20,818 bases of DNA. Source: Candidatus Heimdallarchaeota archaeon (GTDB lineage: Archaea; Asgardarchaeota; Heimdallarchaeia; Heimdallarchaeales; Heimdallarchaeaceae). The stretch lies in the NCBI GenBank assembly GCA_018238545.1, contig JABCTC010000053.1:1-20818 (forward strand), given 5' to 3'. A program made the translations under genes and the position numbers. Positions 1 through 7,683 of the stretch are shown one piece after another (the stretch's first letter is position 1; each line of letters starts with the position of its first letter). The notes under the pieces were generated by a model. The model saw nothing but the letters and a program-made list of their open reading frames with translations, ran no database searches and had not been told where the DNA came from.

Positions 1-97
1 AAAAGAATATATTGTAACAGAAATCTATCAAAATCAATTCATAATCTTAAGGTTCTTCTGGCTAATCTTTTTAAAAATAAAGAATTAACTAAGTGTT

Positions 98-409
98 GTG
101 AATAATCTAATTTGTCCGACCTGTAACAAGCCATTAGAAATCCATATTGATGCTTTATATCCAATGCAAGCTGTTTCTGCAGATATGTTAAAACAAGGTA
201 TTATCATTAATTGCTTGGAATGTCAAACAAGAATTAATGATATTTCAACACTTCATTGTCCTCAATGTGGGGATAACAGTTTAACAACAGAGATAGATAG
301 AGATTCTCAACCACCACCTTTTGGGAGAAAAGTAGAGGGTAGTGTGAACTGCAGTATTTGCGAGTTCAAACCATTAGTCAGCAAGGATGATGGAATTCTT
401 CCAAGATAA
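98..409 (+). CDS. Small double zinc-ribbon protein (4 x CxxC), function unknown
   Basis: 103-aa ORF with CPTC, CLEC, CPQC and CSIC. GTG start lies ~20-25 nt after a TATA-like TTTTTAAA (69-76). The stop abuts the convergent GTPase stop. Confidence 0.75.
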   Translation: MNNLICPTCNKPLEIHIDALYPMQAVSADMLKQGIIINCLECQTRINDISTLHCPQCGDNSLTTEIDRDSQPPPFGRKVEGSVNCSICEFKPLVSKDDGILPR

Positions 410-1393
410 TCATCGTCTTGTAACAATCAGTTCAATTACATCTGTATCAGCTAACACATGATCTAGTCCTACTTGCTGAGATTCAAATTCTGCTGATGGA
501 CCGATTACTCGTGCATAACGAAATCTATCGACAAAACTTGTGTGAATCTTTCTAGCAATATCGACCACGGTTGCACCTTCTGGTAAAACTAAAGGATCAT
601 CAAGATTTGGTCTTGTACCTGACTTCTTTGTATAGACTCTGATTATCTCTAACTGCTCAAAAAGCATTTTCTTTAGTTTTTGCAGAGAACCTTCTTCCTT
701 AATAGTAATCGGACAGATAGGTAAATCAGTTATTTCTGCTAATTCTTGGTACCTCTCTTTTGTATTAGGTAAATCTCCTTTTGTTGCAATTATTCCGAAT
801 TTGTAAGTGGTTTCACCATTTTCTATCAATCGAGCATCTTCCAGCTGTTTGATAAGAAAATCGTATTGCCGCACAATGTCCATTGATAAATCTATCACCA
901 TTAGTATAGCATCACTAGTTCTTGCTACACGCAAGATCTGCTTGCTAGTTGCCCAATCTTCTTTGAAATCCAGAAATCCAGGAACATCTATGATTTGGAT
1001 TTTTACATTTTCATACTCAAGTGTACCAGCATGGGCAGTTCGAGTTGTGTGAAGATATCCACCAGTTTTGACATCAGTATTTGTAATAGCATTCATCAAA
1101 GTACTTTTCCCAGCATTAGAAATACCGAACAAAGTGATTCTTCCATCTCCGGAATAAGGTATTTCAAAAGGGTCGTATTGTCGTCCTTTTGTTTTAGGTT
1201 TGGCTTTAATTTCTGATACCATTGATTCAAGTTCACGGATTTGAAGCTTGAATAGACCAATTTTATCCAGTTTTTTGTTGATAATATCTGCTACTATTTC
1301 TTCTAATTCAGAGATAAGCTGATCTCCTTCAAGGTTTCTGATTTTTCTGGCAATGTTGAATCTATACCATCTTAGTTTGGTGTGGTTACTCAT
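410..1393 (-). CDS. DRG/OBG-family GTPase with C-terminal TGS domain (divergent, short form)
   Basis: G1 GISNAGKST, G2 YLHTT, G3 DVPG, G4 TKGD. TGS domain IIRVYTK...GATVVDIARKIH...QQVGLDHVLADTDVIEL. Shine-Dalgarno GAGGTGA just upstream of the ATG. Confidence 0.92.
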   Translation of the reverse strand: MSNHTKLRWYRFNIARKIRNLEGDQLISELEEIVADIINKKLDKIGLFKLQIRELESMVSEIKAKPKTKGRQYDPFEIPYSGDGRITLFGISNAGKSTLMNAITNTDVKTGGYLHTTRTAHAGTLEYENVKIQIIDVPGFLDFKEDWATSKQILRVARTSDAILMVIDLSMDIVRQYDFLIKQLEDARLIENGETTYKFGIIATKGDLPNTKERYQELAEITDLPICPITIKEEGSLQKLKKMLFEQLEIIRVYTKKSGTRPNLDDPLVLPEGATVVDIARKIHTSFVDRFRYARVIGPSAEFESQQVGLDHVLADTDVIELIVTRR

Positions 1394-1442
1394 TTTATCA
1401 CCTCATTATTATTTTCTTATTTATTTAGTTCATATTTCACAC

Positions 1443-1633
1443 ATCGAAGAAAAGTAGCGAAAACAGGTTGAAATCAAGGAAAGCAGGTATTCAAAGAGAA
1501 TAACAAACAAAACCAGTGACAACAATGTTAACTACTCGCTACTAAACATAACATCTTCGATTGATATTAGTCCAATAACGCGAGTTCCCCTCGCTTGATA
1601 CTATAATGTACGTTGAAGGAGTGACATTGTTCT
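1443..1633 (-). promoter_or_regulatory. Candidate structured 5' leader / cis-regulatory RNA (attenuator-like) upstream of the GTPase
   Basis: Helices found by eye on the minus strand: GCGAG/CUCGC (1594-1590 with 1584-1580); ACUCGC/GCGAGU (1585-1580 with 1539-1534); AUCGAAGA/UCUUCGAU (1561-1554 with 1450-1443); AGUAGCGAG/UUCGCUACU (1543-1535 with 1461-1453). No long ORF in the region. Confidence 0.45.
1601..1627 (-). CDS. Putative 8-aa leader peptide (uORF) MSLLQRTL
   Basis: ATG at 1627 is ~30 nt downstream of a TATA box, a near-leaderless position. The TAG at 1603-1601 lies at the base of the first leader hairpin. Confidence 0.3.
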   Translation of the reverse strand: MSLLQRTL

Positions 1634-1656
1634 CAAGATAAACTTGGATAGAATAA

Positions 1657-1671
1657 TTATAAGGGTTTTGG
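1657..1671 (-). promoter_or_regulatory. Archaeal BRE-TATA promoter for the leader/GTPase transcript
   Basis: Minus strand reads CCAAAACCC-TTATAA. It sits directly downstream of the U-rich terminator region of the Lrp/AsnC gene. Confidence 0.5.
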
Positions 1672-1693
1672 GTTTGGTTATTAAAAGATAAAA

Positions 1694-1779
1694 AGCAAAA
1701 TTAGAGCAAAATTAAATTAAAAATCAATAAAATGGAAAATAAAATGGAAAATAAACTTAGGAGGAGGAAAAAAGAGAGA
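1694..1779 (-). terminator. U-rich terminator region of the Lrp/AsnC gene with short tandem repeats
   Basis: Minus strand TCTCTCTTTTTTCC follows the stop. 12-nt unit AATAAAATGGAA x2.5 (1726-1755) and 11-nt unit AGCAAAATTAG x~2 (1694-1714). Confidence 0.5.
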
Positions 1780-2013
1780 TCATTGGTCTACGCAGATCAT
1801 TGTCATTGTAGAACGAACTTTCTCCAACACTCTTAGATTCTCTGTTACAATCTTTTTCAATGAATCAGTGTCTTCAGCTTCAATTTTTGCTATTAAGTCA
1901 TATACACCATAAACTATGTGCACTTCTGAGACGTTTGGCATTTCTTTAAGCTGGGACATAACACTACTTTCTTCTCCAATTTCACAATTAATCAATATGT
2001 AGGCTGAAGCCAT
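1780..2013 (-). CDS. Stand-alone Lrp/AsnC ligand-binding (RAM) domain protein
   Basis: AYILINCEIG...EVHIVYGVYDLIAKIEA...LRVLEKVRSTMTMI is a typical AsnC C-terminal domain with no HTH. ATG 2013 is preferred over the track start 2028 because GGTGA lies just upstream. Confidence 0.9.
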   Translation of the reverse strand: MASAYILINCEIGEESSVMSQLKEMPNVSEVHIVYGVYDLIAKIEAEDTDSLKKIVTENLRVLEKVRSTMTMICVDQ

Positions 2014-2206
2014 CTTTTCTTTCACCAAGTAGAGAAGGAATCTTATAGTTTAAGAAATTTTCCCCTCAACAATTAGTAATACGTTTACAGAACAAATGTC
2101 TTCTAGATGCACGAAAAACTAGCTTAAAAGCCACAAAACGTGAAAAATAATTATTGATAACATGAATAGTATTGTAAAAAAAAGAAAAAAGGAAAATTTC
2201 TCTAAT

Positions 2207-2689
2207 TTATTTTGCTAAATCTAAGCTGATTCTGCAATATTCACCTGGTTTAAGATTGATATTTGGAAGTGAAGGAGATTCGCCTTTTACAAAAGTTATA
2301 GCACCCATGATAATTCCTCCAACAGGGCAGGCTGTTTCGCCTTCTAAATCATAACCACCAACTCTTTTTGGACAGATTAAGCAGTTTTGAATTGTTATTA
2401 TCGATTTACCATCTTCAGTCTCAAAGCTAAGTTCTTCAGCCATCCGAATTTCCTCTAAAAGTTTCTCGATCAATTCTTGTTCGGAAATATTAACCCTAAT
2501 CTTCTTCTGCCTTAGAAGTTCTTTTGCAATTTCTTGCCCAATCCACACACTCAGAACATCCATGGCTCCTTGTGGTCCAAAACTTAGATTTAATAGTTTT
2601 CTTGATTTAACTAATCCTACTCCAAGTCCAATTACTACTTTGTTAAGATAATCCTTTCCTGGATCTTTTCGTGAAAAAAATCTTGCCAT
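2207..2689 (-). CDS. V4R-like (H-NOX/V4R/Bet3 fold) small-ligand-binding protein
   Basis: ITIQNCLICP...ACPVGGIIMGAI...GEYCRISL matches the Cys pattern of V4R-type domains. ATG 2689 follows AGGTG (track start is GTG 2698). Confidence 0.65.
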   Translation of the reverse strand: MARFFSRKDPGKDYLNKVVIGLGVGLVKSRKLLNLSFGPQGAMDVLSVWIGQEIAKELLRQKKIRVNISEQELIEKLLEEIRMAEELSFETEDGKSIITIQNCLICPKRVGGYDLEGETACPVGGIIMGAITFVKGESPSLPNINLKPGEYCRISLDLAK

Positions 2690-2701
2690 ATTATACACCT
2701 T

Positions 2702-2995
2702 TTATTTGTTTTCCCAGACTAATCCATCTTTGATGAATCTTTTAATGATTTCTTGAATCTTTGGAAGATCTATCCTTATTCCTAACGCTGCTTCAAGAGG
2801 AAGAGTAGCTTTACGAATCTCCTCTAGAGAGAGAGGACCATCTTCACAGATAGCTTGAAGAATAGTTTTATCCAAAATGAATGAGCTTTTCTCTCGCTCT
2901 AAAGCTTGTTTAGTAGAAACCAACCCACTATATGTTACTTTTCTTGGATCTGATGATTCTTGTTGATTTTTGTCCGTCAAATTGGAACCCTCCAT
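2702..2995 (-). CDS. Small winged-helix-like protein
   Basis: DKTILQAICEDGPLSLEEIRKA...IQEIIKRFIKDGLV is a wHTH-like pattern. It ends a few nt before the V4R-like gene, suggesting an operon. Confidence 0.6.
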   Translation of the reverse strand: MEGSNLTDKNQQESSDPRKVTYSGLVSTKQALEREKSSFILDKTILQAICEDGPLSLEEIRKATLPLEAALGIRIDLPKIQEIIKRFIKDGLVWENK

Positions 2996-3194
2996 TCTTT
3001 ATTGAATATATATTCATTATTTTTATTATATGCTTTTGTTCACATGCAACGATAGGTGGGAATCTATACACATGTGTGTTAACATATTGCACATAGAGAA
3101 AGTAAAAAATCTTGTTAAGAAAAATAAGGAAAGATAAATAAATATGAAATAATAGAGTATAGGTAAAAAGAGAAATACTTCAAAGGTGATATGC

Positions 3195-4136
3195 ATGTCT
3201 AACAAAAAACTTAGTCGTGGGATAGTGAGTATTTTATTCATTACAGTATTAATATCGGGCAATACAGAGGCATCGCTTCTATCTAATGTTGGTGTCAATA
3301 TTGGAGATAGTTTTGAATATAAGTATAATCAAATTCAATTATCTCTTAGTCACAACGGAACAACTTATGTTAATTATCAAGGTGCAGACATAGTTGGAGA
3401 AACCATAAACATAACTGTAGACGATTTCTATGAAACTGTAGGTCAAAGTTTCATAGGTTTCAATTATGACCGAGTTGAGTTTAATCAAACTGAAAGATTT
3501 GAAAGTATAACAAATGAAACACACTCATTTCTTGATTATTGGTTTGATATGTATAGATATGTAGAACTGGCATTTAACAGTACAACTGTGGGTTTTGACC
3601 CAGAAGACTATGAATTTCATCCACCTAATGAAGAGGCGATTTATGATTATAATATTGTAATCGGAGTACCAATCTTTGCGACAACGAATATAAGTTTCTA
3701 TGAAGATATAAATGAAAATGGATTTCCAGAGGTTGGGGATAGTTGCTTAATGAAGGATAGAGGAAAGGAAGAAATAACAGAGGAGATAAAGTATTCCCGA
3801 ATTGAACATATATCTTTTCTTGAAAACATTCTGAATGTTAATATAACAAATGAAGACACTCTCTCAGGGGTTACAATAGCTGAAGAGGACTGGAGCATTC
3901 ACAGTCTTACACGATATGATCTTTCAATCAATGCGGAACAAGGATTAGTAAAGAAATTTCTTTACGAATATAGTTACGAAGTAGTATTAGGTTCGCAACA
4001 TACTGAAATGAAAACAATAGTTTCTTTTGAACAATTGCCAATAGAAATAGTCTCTGAAGATGTTAGTCTAGCAATACCTTTACTAGTTCTATCATCAGTT
4101 CTAGTTGTATATGTATTAAGAAGAAGGAAAGTATAG
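3195..4136 (+). CDS. Secreted, C-terminally membrane-anchored protein of unknown function
   Basis: N-terminal signal peptide; mature part begins VGVNIGDSFEY; acidic, with several N-x-S/T sequons; C-terminal TM followed by RRRK. ATG 3195 follows AGGTGA (track start 3186). Confidence 0.8.
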   Translation: MSNKKLSRGIVSILFITVLISGNTEASLLSNVGVNIGDSFEYKYNQIQLSLSHNGTTYVNYQGADIVGETINITVDDFYETVGQSFIGFNYDRVEFNQTERFESITNETHSFLDYWFDMYRYVELAFNSTTVGFDPEDYEFHPPNEEAIYDYNIVIGVPIFATTNISFYEDINENGFPEVGDSCLMKDRGKEEITEEIKYSRIEHISFLENILNVNITNEDTLSGVTIAEEDWSIHSLTRYDLSINAEQGLVKKFLYEYSYEVVLGSQHTEMKTIVSFEQLPIEIVSEDVSLAIPLLVLSSVLVVYVLRRRKV

Positions 4137-4145
4137 CAACCTTTT

Positions 4146-4901
4146 CTATTCTTTTTTTGCTACAATCATAAATCGGGGGTTCTTAACCTCAATAAAACCC
4201 TCAGCAAATATTTTTTCATGTAAAGCAAATAGCTTGTCTTTGTATTTTTCTATAGAAAAATCAGGAATTGCCCATGGAACGATTTTTAGGAAGAAAACAA
4301 CTGCTCCAATATCAAAGAATCTTGCAAGCTGTACACCAGCTAATTTTTCTGTTATGTTAAATCCAGCACTTTCTAGTTCTTTAGAAGCCGATTTCAGTGT
4401 CCATTCATCAGCAGTGCAAGTAGCACCTAGAAGATCAGCTAGTTCCTTATCATTACTACCATCAACTTGCTTAGTGATGAATTCCCCACCTTTTTTCAAT
4501 ATTCTAAATACTTCTGTAGCATCATAGTATTCGTGCTGGTTGATTATCAATTCAAATTCTTTATTTTTGAAAGGGAGAGAACCATCGCCACAAATCTTGA
4601 CAACTTTAACGCCCAAAGGTTCTAGACGTTTCTTTGCGAGAGGAACGTTGGGTCCAAAAGCTTCAGTTGCGCAAGTATGTTTGGGGAAAGGTTGAAAGTT
4701 ATTAGCAAGAAATTCCCCTCCGCCAGTACCCATATCTAATAGAGAATCTACTCCAATCAATTTAGGCAAAATTTTACTAGCATAACTCCATGGCAAAGGA
4801 GAAGAAACCATTCGGTCTCTAATATGGGAAAAGTCCCAACCAGAGAAAGGATGATCATACTCTTGAATTAAAAACTCAAAAAGTTCTTCTCTATCTAACA
4901 T
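4146..4901 (-). CDS. Class I SAM-dependent methyltransferase
   Basis: Motif I LLDMGTGGGEFL, FSGWDFS N-terminal motif, LPFKNKEFELII, FRILKKGGEFIT. Confidence 0.9.
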   Translation of the reverse strand: MLDREELFEFLIQEYDHPFSGWDFSHIRDRMVSSPLPWSYASKILPKLIGVDSLLDMGTGGGEFLANNFQPFPKHTCATEAFGPNVPLAKKRLEPLGVKVVKICGDGSLPFKNKEFELIINQHEYYDATEVFRILKKGGEFITKQVDGSNDKELADLLGATCTADEWTLKSASKELESAGFNITEKLAGVQLARFFDIGAVVFFLKIVPWAIPDFSIEKYKDKLFALHEKIFAEGFIEVKNPRFMIVAKKE

Positions 4902-5105
4902 GAATTTCTCACTAAGAATGAAAAAATATTATTGCCAATATAACTTTATGTCTCTAACTATGCCATACAATACTAATACAAGGGATTAACAGACGAAGAA
5001 TAACCGAGTAAAACTTTCTCCCAAAAGACAGATTGTAGCTATTTCATGTAATGCGTGTAAGTTTTACAAAAAGAGTTATTAACCAAAAAGAAATAATTGC
5101 TGAAC

Positions 5106-7595
5106 ATGAAGTTTACTTACGTACCTAGAAAAAATCTTATGTTTCTTATCTTTAGCCTCTTCTTAGCAACCTCTCTTTTTACAGGTTTGATTGATGTTAG
5201 AGCGACACCTGCCCCTTCGAATCTATCACCGTCAAGTAATAGTTATACAAACGATAACACACCTTTCTTTGACTGGACGGATGTGACAGGGAATGATAAT
5301 TATAATATACAAATAACTACAGATATAACTTTCGTAGTGATTGATCACAATACAATTTTATCAGGTAATTCACCTTCATCATACACTCAACCTAGCGCTC
5401 TTCCAGATGATGTTTACTATTGGAGAGTAAGGTCATATGATTCTGCAGCAGGAGGATGGAGTCTTCCTTCTACAGCCTGGAAATTAACTGTTGATACAGT
5501 TGTACCGGTAGCTCCGAATGTGATTACTCCAGAACATTATGGATACATAAGTGATGATACACCATACGTGGAATGGGAAAGAGATCTAAGTGCATTAAAA
5601 TATAGAGTTGAATTTGATAATACATGGGATTATTCATCTCTATTAGATTCAAGAAACACCTATAATTGGTATTATACTTATCCTTCAGCATTAACTGATG
5701 GGAGATATTATGTGAGAGTCCGATCTGAAGACTCTGCGGGGAATATAGGTCCTTGGACTAATGTTGCATTTGATATTGATACTGTACCACCTCCAGCTCC
5801 AATCTTAACCGATCCAGCTGAAGGACAAGTTATAACAAGTTTTCCTCATTCATTTGACTGGGATTCTCCAGGAAGTACTTATTACTGGTATATTGAATTT
5901 TCAAGAGTCATAGATTTTTCAACATTAACATATAATGTAGGAACAAATTGGGATGCGGGTTATTCATGCTCGCCTGGAACTTCAGATGGATTGTATTATT
6001 GGAGAGTAAGACAAAAGGATTATGCAGAAAATTTGGGGCCTTGGAGTTCTGTAGGAACATTTACATTAGACAGTACAGGACCATCAGCTCCAACCTTAGT
6101 GAGTCCAACACATAATACTTACACAACAGATACAACACCATATCTAGATTGGAGTGATCCTGCAACTGCAGTAGGTTATCAAGTTCAAGTAGATACATCA
6201 GTTTCTTTCTCAGCACCAGTTGTAGATACAACACCTACTAATAGTTATTATACTACTCCAGTATTAGCTGAAAACACATATTTTTGGCGAGTAAGATCAA
6301 AAGATTCTGTCGACAACTGGGGAAGTTGGAGTAGCAGTTGGTCTTTTACAATAGACACAACAGCTCCATCTGCGCCCACTTTAGCTAGCCCAGAAAATAA
6401 TTTTGAAACAAATGACAACACACCCTATCTTGATTGGCTTGAAGTAGCAGATACTTATGAATATCAAGTCCAAGTAGATATTTCAGATTCTTTTCCTTCA
6501 CCCATAATAAATGTAGGAGGAACAGTTAATACTTACTACCAAATTTCATCTAGCCTTTCAGACGATGTTTACTTCTGGAGAGTAAGAGGGGTAGACCTTG
6601 CAGGTAATGTTGGAGATTGGAGTGCCATAAGATCATTCACAATAGACACCTTAGGTCCCATTGCACCTTTGTTAGTTTCCCCAGATGATGCAGAGACATT
6701 AACTGATAGAACACCATCATTACTTTGGAATTCAGTTACAGATGGAGCGGAATATCAATTACAAATAGATACAGCAGGAACATTTGTTTCATTTGAGTAC
6801 AATATAACCACATCAAATACTTTCTATTCCATCCCAGTAGATCTTTCAGATGGAACGTATTATTGGCGAATAAGAGCAAGTGATACAGCTGCAAATTGGG
6901 GAAGTTGGAGTGCAACGTGGTCATTTACTATAGATTTAGAAGGACCTGAAGCTCCTGTCTTAAACACGCCTACTAATAGTGCCATTCTAGATGACGATAC
7001 GCCTTATCTCGAATGGGTTTCAATAGGAGACGCAGCTGAATATGAAATCGAGTTAGCATCAACGGCTGCTTTTGGTGGAACATTGCTTTTCTCAACTACA
7101 ACCTCAAATAACAACTATACAATATTCTTTACGCTTAGTGACGATGTTTATTACTGGAGGGTTCACGCTAAAGATGTTGCAGATAACTGGGGCGACTGGA
7201 GTGCGGTGTGGTCATTTACAATAGATACTATCGGTCCTTATATCTCAAGTCCTGAGGATATTGAATATGAAATTGGAATGACTGGAAATAATTTCAGCTG
7301 GTATCCAGCCGATGATAATCCAAGTAGCTATATTGTATACTTAGATGGAGTAATACTATTTTCTGGAACATGGAATACATCAGGTGAAGAAATCTTCTTA
7401 GACGTAGATGGACTTGGAATCGGCATTTATAATTTCACACTCTACTTTGAAGATGCTACTGGAAAAAGCAATACAGATACAGTATTTGTTACTGTAACTG
7501 AAGTAGTAATACCAGAGTACGGTCTAACAGTATCTCTTATTCTTCTACCAGTTATTTTCATTGGTATACTAATAATTCGAAAACGGAGAAAATAG
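5106..7595 (+). CDS. Cell-surface protein with 7 tandem FN3/Ig-like repeats, an Ig-like spacer and a PEF-type (PEY) C-terminal sorting tail
   Basis: Signal peptide. Seven ~95-aa repeats AP.L.SP...TP.LDW...Y..Q.D...F...YYWRVR..D...N.G.WS..WSFTIDT. Ends VVIPEYG + TM + RKRRK. TATA-like TTATTAA at 5076-5082 favours ATG 5106 over TTG 5097. Confidence 0.88.
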   Translation: MKFTYVPRKNLMFLIFSLFLATSLFTGLIDVRATPAPSNLSPSSNSYTNDNTPFFDWTDVTGNDNYNIQITTDITFVVIDHNTILSGNSPSSYTQPSALPDDVYYWRVRSYDSAAGGWSLPSTAWKLTVDTVVPVAPNVITPEHYGYISDDTPYVEWERDLSALKYRVEFDNTWDYSSLLDSRNTYNWYYTYPSALTDGRYYVRVRSEDSAGNIGPWTNVAFDIDTVPPPAPILTDPAEGQVITSFPHSFDWDSPGSTYYWYIEFSRVIDFSTLTYNVGTNWDAGYSCSPGTSDGLYYWRVRQKDYAENLGPWSSVGTFTLDSTGPSAPTLVSPTHNTYTTDTTPYLDWSDPATAVGYQVQVDTSVSFSAPVVDTTPTNSYYTTPVLAENTYFWRVRSKDSVDNWGSWSSSWSFTIDTTAPSAPTLASPENNFETNDNTPYLDWLEVADTYEYQVQVDISDSFPSPIINVGGTVNTYYQISSSLSDDVYFWRVRGVDLAGNVGDWSAIRSFTIDTLGPIAPLLVSPDDAETLTDRTPSLLWNSVTDGAEYQLQIDTAGTFVSFEYNITTSNTFYSIPVDLSDGTYYWRIRASDTAANWGSWSATWSFTIDLEGPEAPVLNTPTNSAILDDDTPYLEWVSIGDAAEYEIELASTAAFGGTLLFSTTTSNNNYTIFFTLSDDVYYWRVHAKDVADNWGDWSAVWSFTIDTIGPYISSPEDIEYEIGMTGNNFSWYPADDNPSSYIVYLDGVILFSGTWNTSGEEIFLDVDGLGIGIYNFTLYFEDATGKSNTDTVFVTVTEVVIPEYGLTVSLILLPVIFIGILIIRKRRK

Positions 7596-7620
7596 TTCTC
7601 CATTTTTCTCGTTTTTTTCT
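7586..7620 (+). terminator. Hairpin plus T-tract terminator candidate
   Basis: GGAGAA-AATAG-TTCTCC spans the stop codon and is followed by ATTTTTCTCGTTTTTTTCT. Confidence 0.45.
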
Positions 7621-7683
7621 TAAATACAAATTTTAATTATCAATATTTAAATAATTAATTGTATCTAGTAAACGTAGATTAAA

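Noticed and set aside
1580-1594. GCGAG-GGGAA-CTCGC hairpin as a SECIS or known riboswitch
   Set aside because: No AUGA/GA core, no in-frame TGA selenoprotein candidate nearby, and no TPP/fluoride/FMN consensus recognised.
1430-1627. The uORF frame runs 66 codons to a TGA if two TAGs are read through, giving a hydrophobic peptide (possible pyrrolysine/amber recoding)
   Set aside because: TAG is the evident stop of several genes here (4136, 4146, 7595, 17818), no pyl genes are in view, and a U-rich strand yields hydrophobic codons by composition.
1694-1755. Short tandem repeats as a CRISPR array or iterons
   Set aside because: Only 2-2.5 adjacent low-complexity copies with no spacers; better explained as slippage in a U-rich terminator region.
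3026-3298. 90-aa hydrophobic minus-strand ORF and nearby short palindromes (ACACATGTGT, TGTTAACA)
   Set aside because: The ORF overlaps the start of the real + strand gene and its promoter, and its hydrophobicity reflects the A-rich intergenic DNA. The palindromes are too short to call.
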